From: Candidatus Daviesbacteria bacterium
GTDB lineage: Bacteria > Patescibacteriota > Microgenomatia > Daviesbacterales > UBA10151
Direction: 5' to 3'
DNA: 46,260 nucleotides
NCBI GenBank assembly: GCA_028687915.1
Contig: JAQTZF010000001.1
Location: 167,969-214,228, forward strand
Positions 17,955-27,414 of this stretch are shown here, one piece after another. The translations under genes and the position numbers were made by a program. The notes below the pieces were generated by a model. It was not told where the DNA came from. It saw only the letters and a list, made by a program, of their open reading frames with translations, and did not search any database. Every line of letters begins with the position of its first letter. Within the stretch, counting starts at the first letter, position 1.

Positions 17955-18659
17955 ATGAGGGATAAGTCAAAGGTGGTAATTACTAAAAATGGGCCTTATG
18001 TAGTCTTCGGTTCTTTACCCTTAGATAAACAAACAATAATCCCTGATGAAGATGGTGTTCCATATAAATACAAACAAGGTGAAAAATTTCCAAAACAAGA
18101 AACTTATTTGCTCTGCCGTTGTGGCAAATCTAAAAATAAACCATATTGTGATCAAACACATCTAAAAATTGGATTTAAGGCAAAAGAGACAGCCAGTAAG
18201 GAAAAATATCTTAATCAAGCTGAAATGCTTGAAGGGCCTGATCTGGATTTATCTGATGCAGCATCTCTTTGTGCTTCTGCCAGTTTTTGTGATCGGGCAG
18301 GTGGTACGTGGCAATTAACAAAAAATTCCAATAATGCAAAATCTAAAAAACTTGCAGTAGAACAGTGTGCTAATTGTCCTTCTGGTAGATTGGTAGCCTG
18401 GGATAAAAAAACAGGAAAAGCAATTGAACCAAAGTTTGAAAAAAGTATAAGTATAATTGAAGATGCTGCTTCAAACACCAGTGGACCAGTGTGGGTTAAA
18501 GGTGGTGTACAAATTGAAGAAGATGATGGAGAGAAGTTAGAAATTAGAAATAGAGTAACTTTATGCCGTTGCGGAAAATCAAAAAATAAACCCTATTGTG
18601 ATGGTTCTCACATTGAAGTTGACTTTAATGATGGGGATGAGAGTTTAAAAACTGCTTGA
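17955..18659 (+). CDS. CDGSH iron-sulfur domain protein (two CDGSH motifs flanking a Cys-rich mono-cluster-like module)
   Basis: CRCGKSKNKPYCDQTH and CRCGKSKNKPYCDGSH motifs. The central segment is CASASFCDRAGG...CANCPSGRL. Confidence 0.85.
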   Translation: MRDKSKVVITKNGPYVVFGSLPLDKQTIIPDEDGVPYKYKQGEKFPKQETYLLCRCGKSKNKPYCDQTHLKIGFKAKETASKEKYLNQAEMLEGPDLDLSDAASLCASASFCDRAGGTWQLTKNSNNAKSKKLAVEQCANCPSGRLVAWDKKTGKAIEPKFEKSISIIEDAASNTSGPVWVKGGVQIEEDDGEKLEIRNRVTLCRCGKSKNKPYCDGSHIEVDFNDGDESLKTA

Positions 18660-18703
18660 TTGCTGGAAAGTAAGTAATATAATTAACTTCTAAATATAAA
18701 TTT

Positions 18704-19111
18704 ATGGCTAACGCAGAAACTCTAAAATTAACAAATGGTGATTTAGCTGTTTATGTAAACAGTTATGTGGAAAAGATGGAAGTTGCACCATGTTTACCTG
18801 GTGTTAAAGTAGAGGTTTATTTTGGAACCTTTGGTGAAATAATTAGACGTCCTTTTGCAGGAATACCTCATGTCACGCCTGTAAGGGGTCCAATAGTTGA
18901 TCTTAGAGTTGTTAGTGCGAATATTATTGATCAGGGTAATATTGGTATCAGGCCTTTATACTACTCCAATGGTTTTTTAAGAGTTGAGGAAGATAATGGG
19001 ATTTTTCAGTGTTATGGAGATGAAAAATTAGAACAACAATTAGTTGCTGCTGGTTTAGGAATAAGATTTCGAAATAGGGGAAGTATAATGAAATTTTTGC
19101 CATCTAAATAA
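18704..19111 (+). CDS. hypothetical protein (135 aa)
   Basis: Clean ORF downstream of the CDGSH gene, with no motif I recognise. Confidence 0.45.
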   Translation: MANAETLKLTNGDLAVYVNSYVEKMEVAPCLPGVKVEVYFGTFGEIIRRPFAGIPHVTPVRGPIVDLRVVSANIIDQGNIGIRPLYYSNGFLRVEEDNGIFQCYGDEKLEQQLVAAGLGIRFRNRGSIMKFLPSK

Positions 19112-19161
19112 TTTAAACTCATAGAAAAAAGAGAGAAAATGGTTGGCAGTAAAGATAATTA

Positions 19162-21321
19162 TTAAGCTCCAATAACTTTAAAAGTAGAACCTGAGGTACC
19201 TTTTGAAACCTCAATTCTGGTAGGAAATTCTTCTTTTAATTCTTCCAAATGAGTAATAACTAAAATCTTTTCAAAATCATTTTTTATAGCATCCAGTGCC
19301 TCAACTATTCTGGTTCTTCCTTGGGCGTCTTGTGTTCCAAACCCTTCATCAATTACTAAAAATTGAAGTTTAGCCCCAGCTCTGTGAGTTAATAATTTTG
19401 ACAGAGCAAGACGGACGGCAAAATTAACCCTAAATTGTTCACCACCAGAGTAAGCTTCATAAGGTCTTTCTCCCATTTCATCAGAAATAATTATATCCAA
19501 AGTTTCTACAATTCCTTTTTCTCCACCGGATACTTTAGTTTTTGTTTCTCTTTGAGTTTGTAAACTTATTTTCATTCTTCCGTCTGATAATTTATCCAGT
19601 AATCTGTTTGCCTCATCCTCAATTTCGGGGATGGCAGTTTCGATAATCATAGCTTGGATACCTTTTTTACCAAATGCCAGAGCTAATTCTTCAAAGGACT
19701 CTTTTTCTGCTTTTAATAATGATTTTTCATCTGTTTTTATTTTTTGAGTTTTTTCCAGTTGGGCAGTTCTTGAGATAAGCTCATTAATCTGACCTAAAAC
19801 TCCGTTTGCTTCTTTTTCTTCCTGTCTTTTACTATTTAATAAGTTTTCTGTTTCTAAAATATCCTTATTTGCTTCCATTATCTGATTTGATAAATCAGGA
19901 TATTTGGCTATCTCTGCTTGCTGATCAGTTACTTGTTTATTTTTATTTTGATAAAGTGTTCGCATTTCTACAACAACTTTTTGTTCTGATTCAAGGGTGG
20001 CCTGAAGACTAACCTTCATTTCTTTTTGTTGCTGCAGTTTTTCTAGATTTAAAAGTTTAGTGATTATATCCCGATACTTTTGATCATCATAGCTCACGCT
20101 TTTTATAGAAGATTCTAAAACTTCCTTTTCTTTTTCTTCTGTAACAGTTGTTATTTTAGCTAGCTCTTTTTGTAAGTTTTCAATTTGGTTAGAAAGTTCC
20201 TGGTGAACGTGGTCTTTTTCAGTTTTACCTATTTCCTGTCCACAAGTAGGGCATTTAGCACCTTCTTTGTTCGCTTCTATTAGTTGTGATGAGAATTTTT
20301 CTATCTCTTTTTTAAATTGTTTGCTTTGCTGTTGTTTTAAATTAATAGCTCCCTGAATCTCTGATAATTTTTTTTCCAGTTCCAGTTTTTCTTGTTTTGC
20401 TTTTTCTTGTTTTGCTTTTTCTGCTTCCAAATCTTTTAAGGCTCCTAGTTCAGTATCAATATCTTTTAAGGATTCAAGCTGTTTAGTAATTTGTTCAATT
20501 TTTTCTTTTCTGGTTTTGCCCTGAGAAGCAATTTCATCTAGTTCTTTTTTATTTTGTAAATAATTTTGTTCTAATTTGATTCTTTGTTCAGAAGCTAGGG
20601 TTAAGGTTTCTTTTTGTGTCCTTAACATTTTTAATTTTTCATCAAATTCTTTTATCTCAGATTCTAATTTTAAGAGGGTTTCTTCAGCTACTTTTTTCTT
20701 TTCTGATCTTTCTTCTTTTTGGGTTAATTCTGCTTCAATCTCTAACACCTGGTACTCCAGAAGTTGTAATTTAGTTTGGATTTCCTTAACTTTTAATTTA
20801 GTTTTTTCTTCCAAAAGATCATAATGTGAAAGTCCCAAAATATCTGCCAATATTCTTTTACGTTCAGAAGCACCTTTGGTAGTAAATTCATCAGCATGCC
20901 CTTGTCTAAGAAATGCAGAGTTGGTAAATGTTTCATATGTTAAGTGAAGTGTGTTAATTATTTTTTGTTGAGTTGCTTTAATAGTGCCTTCTGTTAAATT
21001 GTGATTGCCGGATAAAAATTCAAGAGTTGTGGAGCCACCGCTTTTAATACTGCGTGATCTTTTTATAGTAAAAATATTTTCATCAAGTGCAAACGATAAC
21101 TCAACACTCATTAATTGTTGACCTGAATGAACCAAAGCATCATTGTTATCACCCAAGCGGGAAGAACCCCATATACACCAGGTCAGGGAGTCCAGTATTG
21201 ATGATTTACCTGCTCCATTAGAACCAGAAATAGCAGCCAGGTGAAATTTGGTAAATTCCAATTCTGGTACATCAGAGCCATAAGATGTGAAGTTGGTTAA
21301 TTTTAATTTAGTAGGGATCAT
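19162..21321 (-). CDS. sbcC: SbcC/Rad50-type SMC-like ATPase
   Basis: Walker A (GSNGAGKSS), a long coiled coil with a CPTCGQ zinc hook, the signature SGGEQFRVNFAVRLAL, and Walker B (FLVIDEGFG). Confidence 0.85.
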   Translation of the reverse strand: MIPTKLKLTNFTSYGSDVPELEFTKFHLAAISGSNGAGKSSILDSLTWCIWGSSRLGDNNDALVHSGQQLMSVELSFALDENIFTIKRSRSIKSGGSTTLEFLSGNHNLTEGTIKATQQKIINTLHLTYETFTNSAFLRQGHADEFTTKGASERKRILADILGLSHYDLLEEKTKLKVKEIQTKLQLLEYQVLEIEAELTQKEERSEKKKVAEETLLKLESEIKEFDEKLKMLRTQKETLTLASEQRIKLEQNYLQNKKELDEIASQGKTRKEKIEQITKQLESLKDIDTELGALKDLEAEKAKQEKAKQEKLELEKKLSEIQGAINLKQQQSKQFKKEIEKFSSQLIEANKEGAKCPTCGQEIGKTEKDHVHQELSNQIENLQKELAKITTVTEEKEKEVLESSIKSVSYDDQKYRDIITKLLNLEKLQQQKEMKVSLQATLESEQKVVVEMRTLYQNKNKQVTDQQAEIAKYPDLSNQIMEANKDILETENLLNSKRQEEKEANGVLGQINELISRTAQLEKTQKIKTDEKSLLKAEKESFEELALAFGKKGIQAMIIETAIPEIEDEANRLLDKLSDGRMKISLQTQRETKTKVSGGEKGIVETLDIIISDEMGERPYEAYSGGEQFRVNFAVRLALSKLLTHRAGAKLQFLVIDEGFGTQDAQGRTRIVEALDAIKNDFEKILVITHLEELKEEFPTRIEVSKGTSGSTFKVIGA

Positions 21322-22476
21322 TTAACTTTCTAATACCTTTACTGCTAAGTTTTCTAATAATTTAATTTTTTCAGGAGAATATTGTTTGCTTTTAAAATAT
21401 GTTTGTAAGGCCTCAAGTGGGGAAAGCCTTTCTACTTCAATTTGATTATCTAATTTTAATCTTTCTTTTCTTTCTACATTTCTGGAAATTCCTGCAATAT
21501 TAAAAGCACTTGTAAGTGCTTTTTTAATTTTATCCATTTCTATTTGTTTTTCTAAATCAGCCGGGATATTGATAACTACTTTTACAATTGCATCATCAAT
21601 TATATTTTTACTAATTTCTTTTAAAACTGTTTCAGTAGGATCTATATCTGTTGCCAAAAGATCAACGTTTATTGATAAAAACTTTCGGCAATTACTGGGA
21701 ACTAATTTAAATGTAGCTTTTTTAGGAACAGGAATATCTATCATAATAAATCCCTTTTCTTCTTTGGCTTCTCCAAAATCTATTCTCTCTGGGGAGCCAG
21801 AATAAACTACTGGTGGATTACTGCTTAATATTTGATGTTTGTGAATATGCCCCAAGGCTACATAAGACAGCCTTCTGTCTGTTAAAAGTGATAAGGGGAC
21901 AGTTACATCAGATCCTATTGCCAAACCCTTTTCAGAACCCATAGAGGATCCCTCTACCTCTAAGTGTCCAACTACAATAGCAGGGCAAGTCTCATCAATT
22001 CTTTCATAAAAAGATAATAATTTTTCTCCTAAATCTTTAAATTCAGTTTTGTGTAACCAGGGGGCAGTAATAACTTGCAACAAACCTGATTTAGTAGGGA
22101 TTTTTAAAAATTCTGGCTTTCTTGAAACCCAAACATTATCAATTTCTAAGGCTGAATAGATATCTAAAGTATTAGCCTTGCCTTCTGCATTAGGGGTATC
22201 GTGATTTCCCACAACTAAAATAACTGGAATTCCTGCTTTGGATAATTTCTTAATCCTTTCCCCAAAACCTTTTTGTTGGGTGGGAGAAGGATCTCTGGTT
22301 TTATAAGCATCTCCTGCTAATAAAAAAGCATCAACTCCTTCAGAGATAGCAGTATCTACCATCAAATCAAATGTGTTAAAGAAATCTATTAGTCTTGAAT
22401 CTAAGCCAGTTTCCGGGTCAAGTTTACTGTAGTTGCTCATACCAATATGTAAGTCACCAGTATGTAAAAGCTTCAT
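21322..22476 (-). CDS. sbcD: SbcD/Mre11-type nuclease
   Basis: Calcineurin-like phosphoesterase motifs: MKLLHTGDLHIG, LLAGDAY, GNHD, GHLEV, GHIH. Its stop abuts the sbcC start (TAAATG). Confidence 0.88.
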   Translation of the reverse strand: MKLLHTGDLHIGMSNYSKLDPETGLDSRLIDFFNTFDLMVDTAISEGVDAFLLAGDAYKTRDPSPTQQKGFGERIKKLSKAGIPVILVVGNHDTPNAEGKANTLDIYSALEIDNVWVSRKPEFLKIPTKSGLLQVITAPWLHKTEFKDLGEKLLSFYERIDETCPAIVVGHLEVEGSSMGSEKGLAIGSDVTVPLSLLTDRRLSYVALGHIHKHQILSSNPPVVYSGSPERIDFGEAKEEKGFIMIDIPVPKKATFKLVPSNCRKFLSINVDLLATDIDPTETVLKEISKNIIDDAIVKVVINIPADLEKQIEMDKIKKALTSAFNIAGISRNVERKERLKLDNQIEVERLSPLEALQTYFKSKQYSPEKIKLLENLAVKVLES

Positions 22477-22483
22477 GGTTTGG

Positions 22484-22492
22484 ATTGTAACA
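22484..22492 (-). promoter_or_regulatory. extended -10 TGtTACAAT, 7 nt upstream of the sbcD ATG
   Basis: The minus strand reads TGTTACAAT-ccaaacc-ATG. Confidence 0.5.
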
Positions 22493-22520
22493 TCAGCAAG
22501 TTAAGTTAGAAAGAGAGAAG

Positions 22521-22549
22521 TTGACAGTTTAAGGTAAAGAGCAGACAAT
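22521..22549 (+). promoter_or_regulatory. TTGACA-17 nt-GACAAT promoter, 7 nt upstream of ATG 22557
   Basis: TTGACA at 22521-22526 and GACAAT at 22544-22549, followed by ttaaaag and then ATG. Confidence 0.5.
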
Positions 22550-22556
22550 TTAAAAG

Positions 22557-23258
22557 ATGTCAAAACAAAATGGTTTTACCCCAATTGCTGTAATAATTGC
22601 ATTGGTAATTTTATTGGTTGCAGCGGTAGCAGGGATTATATTCTTTTCAAATAAAACACCACAGCCTGCACCTATCCAAGGTATCTTAACTGTTACACCA
22701 ACTGTATCTGTAGTTTTATCCCCAACAGTTTCTGTTACATCTACTCCCACACCAACTAAATCTTATCCTGGAACTACCCAATATATTTCTCCAAAATTAA
22801 AAGTAGCTTTTAACTATTTAGTTAATCAAGATGGACAAAAGGCTTTGGTTAAGGAATCTGGTAGTAAAATATATGTGTATATAGAAGGAACGAGCTTTGA
22901 TAAAGGGCAGTATGTAGAAGTTTTTAATAAAAATAAAAGTGATACTTTGGCAGAAGCTATTGAAAAACAATTTCTAGGTGGTATTTCTAAAACTGATTGT
23001 TTTGTAGCTCCTTATACTGTTAAATCCAGTCTTGCAAATTATTCTGCAGATACTATTTCTTATCCAAAAAATGCTGATTTAGGTCCTGGAGAGATTCCAG
23101 CTAAATGTCCACAAAAATATAGTGAGTCAAATGGAATTAGTTATTTTCTGGCAGATAGCAATCATCCAGATAAATTCCTCTTTTTTAGTATTGGTCAGTA
23201 TGGTATAAGTGCAGGTAATAATATCCTGTGGCAGGATACTATTATTTTTACAGACTAA
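22557..23258 (+). CDS. hypothetical membrane-anchored secreted protein
   Basis: N-terminal MSKQNGFTPIAVIIALVILLV anchor, a T/S/P/V-rich linker, then a globular domain of about 160 aa with no recognised motif. Confidence 0.5.
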   Translation: MSKQNGFTPIAVIIALVILLVAAVAGIIFFSNKTPQPAPIQGILTVTPTVSVVLSPTVSVTSTPTPTKSYPGTTQYISPKLKVAFNYLVNQDGQKALVKESGSKIYVYIEGTSFDKGQYVEVFNKNKSDTLAEAIEKQFLGGISKTDCFVAPYTVKSSLANYSADTISYPKNADLGPGEIPAKCPQKYSESNGISYFLADSNHPDKFLFFSIGQYGISAGNNILWQDTIIFTD

Positions 23259-23265
23259 CTTCTTA

Positions 23266-23733
23266 ATGGATTTAAAACCTGGTATTGATTTTACTGCTGT
23301 TTCAGTTTCTTTCTATTGCCATAATGATGATGGGCTATTTGTGTTACATAAAAGAAGTGAAAATTGCAGGGATGAAATTGGAACTTGGGATTTTGGGGGA
23401 GGAAGATTAGAATTTGGGGAAGATCCTGAGGTAGGGGTTTTAAGAGAAGTTTTAGAAGAGTATGGAGTTGAGGGGGAAATTATAGAACAGCTTCCAGCGC
23501 TATCATTAATCCGGGAAAATAAGGGAATTACAACTCATTGGTTAAGTATTCCGTTTTTGATTAAAGTAGATATAACAAAGATTAAAAATGGTGATCCGGA
23601 AAAAATATCCGAGATAGAATTTTTTACTTTGGATAATTTGCCCCAACCATTACACAAAGGAGCAACACATACCCTTAAAAAGTTTGAAAAACATTTCGAT
23701 AAGTATAAAAAATCTAAATCCGGTAAAAGTTAA
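23266..23733 (+). CDS. NUDIX hydrolase
   Basis: Nudix box GGGRLEFGEDPEVGVLREVLEEYGV. I prefer ATG 23266 (MDLKPGIDF...), which removes the overlap with the upstream gene. Confidence 0.85.
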   Translation: MDLKPGIDFTAVSVSFYCHNDDGLFVLHKRSENCRDEIGTWDFGGGRLEFGEDPEVGVLREVLEEYGVEGEIIEQLPALSLIRENKGITTHWLSIPFLIKVDITKIKNGDPEKISEIEFFTLDNLPQPLHKGATHTLKKFEKHFDKYKKSKSGKS

Positions 23734-24220
23734 AATCTCCAATTTTTTTATAAGGTTTTAGTTTTTGAAAATGATAAGTTTGAGTAATTATGATAGTTTT
23801 TTTCTTTAATTCTTTTGTTAGTTTTTCTTCTAGCTTTTTTACACCTTTTGTCAAAAGATAAATATAGATAATATTGGCGTCAGAATAATTTTTATTAAAA
23901 ACATTACCGTGAATAAACTTTGTATTTGGTAAATTTAAATTTCTTGCTTTTAGTGCAGAATACCAAACACGTAAAATAGACTGTTCAATTCCCACCGCAT
24001 CTGCACCCATTGATGCTGCTTCATAAACCACACGTCCGTCACCTGAGCCCAGTTCATAAAACTTTTTACCCTTTCTTACCCTGGCAAATTTAAGAACTTT
24101 ATTTATATTTTTCATTTTAGTAGGAACATAAGGAGCGTCTGTTCCAGCTAACCATGATAAGGCTAGCGCGCAAAAAGGAAAGAAAAATAAACTAAAAATA
24201 ATAAGATCTAGTGATGACAT
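23714..24220 (-). CDS. membrane-anchored class I SAM-dependent methyltransferase
   Basis: Motif I is YELGSGDGRVVYEAASMGADAVGIE, with an N-terminal TM helix. I prefer ATG 24220 (MSSLDL...), which overlaps the FemAB stop as TAATG. Confidence 0.65.
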   Translation of the reverse strand: MSSLDLIIFSLFFFPFCALALSWLAGTDAPYVPTKMKNINKVLKFARVRKGKKFYELGSGDGRVVYEAASMGADAVGIEQSILRVWYSALKARNLNLPNTKFIHGNVFNKNYSDANIIYIYLLTKGVKKLEEKLTKELKKKTIIITQTYHFQKLKPYKKIGDFNFYRI

Positions 24221-25248
24221 TAATTTGGTCTGATTAGCTTTAATAAAAAGACTTTTAAGGGTAACATAATATCCACAAAAGTAAAAGTCCAAAAAACGAG
24301 AGGATTAAAGACTAAATCATAGGTATCTATATATTCTACAAGTCTGGCTCCAGTGCCTGATTTAAACCTGGTAAAGCCTTTGTAGGAGTCGTTTTCAGGG
24401 GCATTTGGATCAGCAGCACCCCAAAGATCAAAATATTTAAGATTTAATTTCTTGCCAAATTTAATTGCTTCCCAGGCAGTTTTATTGGTTGCCATCACAT
24501 TTTTATATTCTGCGGAAGATCCTCCATAAGGGTAATAAAGAGTGTCATGAAAGTTTACTAGCATCCAAGCATTTAAGGGGAGTGGTTTTTTTAGACCAGA
24601 GGGGGTGTAGAAAGCAATTGCTACTCGTGCCAGTCCTGCTTTTTTTAATATTTCCCAAATTTCTTTATGATATTGGGGAGTGTGTCCAAAATAATTTTGT
24701 CTGCTACAAGTTTCAAAAAATAGTTTTAAATAAATTTCAAAAGCTTCATCGTCAGTTCTTTCTTCAACAAAAACCCCGTGTTTTTCAGCAATTTTAATGT
24801 TATACCTAAACTTTTGATGCATTTTGCTTAGTATTTGTTGCTCATCCTGTGTTAAATCAATGACATAGTTATACTTTGTAAAATGAGGTTTAGGAGATTT
24901 TTTAAATCTTTTATCAACTGATATTTTATTCATTCCGCTTTCGATATTAGGCTCAATTTTAATAAATGCACAGTTTTCTTCTTTTCCAATTTTTATTAAG
25001 GCTTCGCCTAAGTTTTTATCAGGTACAGGCCCTTTGGCTAAATAACCTACCAAATAATTAGTAAATGGAATCTTATGAAAAGAAAGATGAAAGGCAACTT
25101 TTAGTTGACCATTTTCATATAAACCAAAACGTTTTAATTTAGTGCCGAGGTTTTGACGGAACTCCCCCCATTCCCATGATTGCACGATGTGAGTGACGCA
25201 TTTATTATACTCGTCTTTTTGCTCGTTACTGATTTCTTTTAAATCCAT
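24220..25248 (-). CDS. FemAB-family peptidoglycan bridge-formation aminoacyltransferase
   Basis: The N-terminal block HIVQSWEWGEFRQNLG, the size (342 aa) and the internal YYPYGGSS / FK.G.G blocks are typical of FemX/FemAB (PF02388). Confidence 0.75.
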   Translation of the reverse strand: MDLKEISNEQKDEYNKCVTHIVQSWEWGEFRQNLGTKLKRFGLYENGQLKVAFHLSFHKIPFTNYLVGYLAKGPVPDKNLGEALIKIGKEENCAFIKIEPNIESGMNKISVDKRFKKSPKPHFTKYNYVIDLTQDEQQILSKMHQKFRYNIKIAEKHGVFVEERTDDEAFEIYLKLFFETCSRQNYFGHTPQYHKEIWEILKKAGLARVAIAFYTPSGLKKPLPLNAWMLVNFHDTLYYPYGGSSAEYKNVMATNKTAWEAIKFGKKLNLKYFDLWGAADPNAPENDSYKGFTRFKSGTGARLVEYIDTYDLVFNPLVFWTFTFVDIMLPLKVFLLKLIRPN

Positions 25249-25325
25249 AATTGTATTATATATGTATAGCTGAATTATTTGTCAGATAGATAAGAAGATG
25301 ATATTATACAGACGATAAATTTGAA

Positions 25326-25952
25326 ATGGAAATAACAAAGAAAACAATTATTATAGCAGTGGTCTCAGTAATTATAGTTGCAGTGATTCTTAGTGGAGTT
25401 TTCTATTTATTAAAGAATTCAAAACAAATAGTAAGTGGTAGTAAGAATACTAATCCCTTAGCAAGACTAGGGGTTATTACCAGTAACACTAGCCCTACAC
25501 CAACTTCTACAGCACAAAATAATTCATTACCTGTAACTAATAATCAAACTAATCAAGGATCAACCAATACAAAAACATATCAAGGTATAAACTTTACTTT
25601 TCAATACCCTCAAAAATGGGGGATTTTAACTTGTAGTGATTCTCAAAACTTAGAGCTGGATCCTTATAATAGTAATGATTTAAGAAATTATTCGTGTGAT
25701 CGGGCTATTAAACCAATTACTATTATTGTGTCTAATTCAGCTTTAAGTTGTGCAGGTGAGACAGTAAAGATTGGTAATAATACTGTAATTAGATCCAAAA
25801 CAGAAACAGCTAACTGGCTTAAAAATCGCTGGTGTATTAATAAAAATGGCTTAAGCTTTGATGTTACAAATCGGGTTAATGGACAAGGAATAACTGGCAC
25901 AGGTAAAGATGATTTTTCTTCTGATATTGAGACAATAATTAAATCTCTTTAA
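25326..25952 (+). CDS. hypothetical membrane-anchored secreted protein
   Basis: TM anchor, an S/T/N/P-rich linker, then a Cys-containing globular domain. No motif recognised. Confidence 0.45.
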   Translation: MEITKKTIIIAVVSVIIVAVILSGVFYLLKNSKQIVSGSKNTNPLARLGVITSNTSPTPTSTAQNNSLPVTNNQTNQGSTNTKTYQGINFTFQYPQKWGILTCSDSQNLELDPYNSNDLRNYSCDRAIKPITIIVSNSALSCAGETVKIGNNTVIRSKTETANWLKNRWCINKNGLSFDVTNRVNGQGITGTGKDDFSSDIETIIKSL

Positions 25953-25967
25953 AACTCACTCTAAGAC

Positions 25968-26666
25968 TTAGAAGATTTGGATGTTTGCTGCTTTTTTAAT
26001 TTCCTGAAACTTCTGGCTGAAAACCTGATTTAGTTTTTGTGATCTAAGGTAGTCAGTTGCTTCTTTGGTCATTTCTGCTGGAGTTGATGATTGTAATTGC
26101 TCTTTATTTTCTTCAATGAACTTTGTTATTTCTTCTGCTGAAACAGAAGCTTCATTTTGATACATTTTTTCTAAGGATAGGGAAATTTTAATTTGTGTTC
26201 TTATACCAGTTCTTGTTTGGCCTTGTTGAGTTAAAAGAGAATCTAAAGCAGCAGCTCCACCAACTTGTTTTTCAATATCTGCAATTTTAGCATCTATTTC
26301 TGCTTCAGTAACTTTAACTCCTTTTTTCTGCGCTTCACCAAGGATAAGCTTTTCTTCGATAAGTTTTTCAACAGTTGTTTGATGGAATTGTTCGTCTTCT
26401 CTTTTTAATACTTCAAGATTTGTAATTGGGGCACCATTAACTGTAGCAGCAATAAAAAGGCCTTTTTTATATGATGCAATTAGGGCAATAATAATGATGA
26501 CAATTGCCAAATAGATGAGTTTATTTTTTCTTAGTTGCTCTGGCTTTAGAAGAGAGTTAAGAGAGAAGCCTTTAGCGGAGGAGGCATAGATTTCAGAGTC
26601 ATTGATCTCACTTTTAACCGGAGTCTTTTTGACTACTTTTTTCTTTGATACTTTTGCAGCTGGCAT
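25968..26666 (-). CDS. SurA N-terminal-domain (PrsA-like chaperone) protein without a recognisable PPIase domain
   Basis: TM anchor followed by ATVNGAPITNLEV...KLIEEKLILGEAQKKGVKVTEAEIDAKIADIEKQVGG...LDSLLTQQG, the SurA_N pattern. Confidence 0.6.
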   Translation of the reverse strand: MPAAKVSKKKVVKKTPVKSEINDSEIYASSAKGFSLNSLLKPEQLRKNKLIYLAIVIIIIALIASYKKGLFIAATVNGAPITNLEVLKREDEQFHQTTVEKLIEEKLILGEAQKKGVKVTEAEIDAKIADIEKQVGGAAALDSLLTQQGQTRTGIRTQIKISLSLEKMYQNEASVSAEEITKFIEENKEQLQSSTPAEMTKEATDYLRSQKLNQVFSQKFQEIKKAANIQIF

Positions 26667-26673
26667 AATTGGG

Positions 26674-26682
26674 ATAGTAACA
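26674..26682 (-). promoter_or_regulatory. extended -10 TGtTACTAT, 7 nt upstream of ATG 26666
   Basis: The minus strand reads TGTTACTAT-cccaatt-ATG. Confidence 0.45.
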
Positions 26683-26712
26683 AACTATAGTACTTTTTGA
26701 CAAGGGGGCAAA

Positions 26713-27414
26713 TTAGTCTATAAGGTAAATATCTGCAAACCTTGCACTCCATCCAGCTGTTCTGGCATCTTCAAATCCCAAATCAATAATATTTCCCTTT
26801 ATTGCTCCGCCTGTATCACCTGCAACAGCCATACCATAACCAGGTACATAAAGTTTAGTTCTATATTTAATAACTTTTGGATCAACTGCAATCACTCCTT
26901 TGCCTTGTTTCATTCCAATTGAAGTCCATTCATTACAACCAGGACAGTGAGAATCATAATGAGTTGCCCAAACCCTCATTTTTTTCCAGTATCTAATTTC
27001 ACCATCAGTTGTTTGTACAGTTCTCCATACTATTTTTGTTCCCCGGGAAATTATTTTATCTGTGGGTTCGGTAGTTTCTGTAGCAATGACTTCTCGGTCA
27101 TATTCTGTACCTTGGTGATAGGTAATTTTAGTAATAGAAGTTTTTTTACCATCAACACCTTCTTCTAGAACTGTCTCTTCACCTGCCTCAGTTTCAGGGT
27201 CATCCTTGTAAGTAGTTTTATAGGGAATAATTTTGGATGTTTCTACTATTTTGTCCTGAAATTGAGAATCAGTCTTAATGGGCTGAGAAGCTTCATCATT
27301 GATTGCTAAAGGTGCTGTGTTATCGGCACGGGTTACAGGTATGTGATTATTAATAGCAATTGCTGCTATGACTAAAAAAGCCCCAAAAATAGTATAAATT
27401 ATTCGTTCAGCCAT
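26713..27414 (-). CDS. G5-domain + 3D-domain cell-wall protein (YabE/Rpf-like)
   Basis: The G5 segment is IPYKTTYKDDPETEAGEETVLEEGVDGKKTSITKITYHQG...ISRGTK. The C-terminal 3D domain is VIAVDPKVIKYRTKLYVPGYGMAVAGDTGGAIKGNIIDL. Confidence 0.8.
   Translation of the reverse strand: MAERIIYTIFGAFLVIAAIAINNHIPVTRADNTAPLAINDEASQPIKTDSQFQDKIVETSKIIPYKTTYKDDPETEAGEETVLEEGVDGKKTSITKITYHQGTEYDREVIATETTEPTDKIISRGTKIVWRTVQTTDGEIRYWKKMRVWATHYDSHCPGCNEWTSIGMKQGKGVIAVDPKVIKYRTKLYVPGYGMAVAGDTGGAIKGNIIDLGFEDARTAGWSARFADIYLID

Noticed and set aside
20386-20424. Perfect 15-nt tandem repeat (tttttcttgttttgc x2 plus a partial third copy) inside sbcC
   Set aside because: It encodes the EKAKQEKAKQEK heptad-like stretch of the coiled coil. 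This is an in-frame simple codon repeat, not a regulatory or CRISPR-like element. It could be length-variable between strains, but it is minor.
19162-22476. SMC-like ATPase plus nuclease pair as a possible phage-defence system (Lamassu/Wadjet/Gabija-like)
   Set aside because: The motifs identify it as the housekeeping SbcCD/Mre11-Rad50 repair complex. These are the Mre11-type phosphoesterase motifs, the Rad50 CxxC zinc hook, and the Walker A, signature and Walker B motifs, together with the abutting sbcD-sbcC order. No additional defence-type genes are adjacent.
22557-22640. Possible type IV prepilin signal (MSKQNGFTPIAVIIALVILLV)
   Set aside because: The G-F-T resembles a class III cleavage site. 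However, the conserved Glu at +5 is absent (FTPIA) and a Pro occupies +3. It is more safely called a plain signal anchor.
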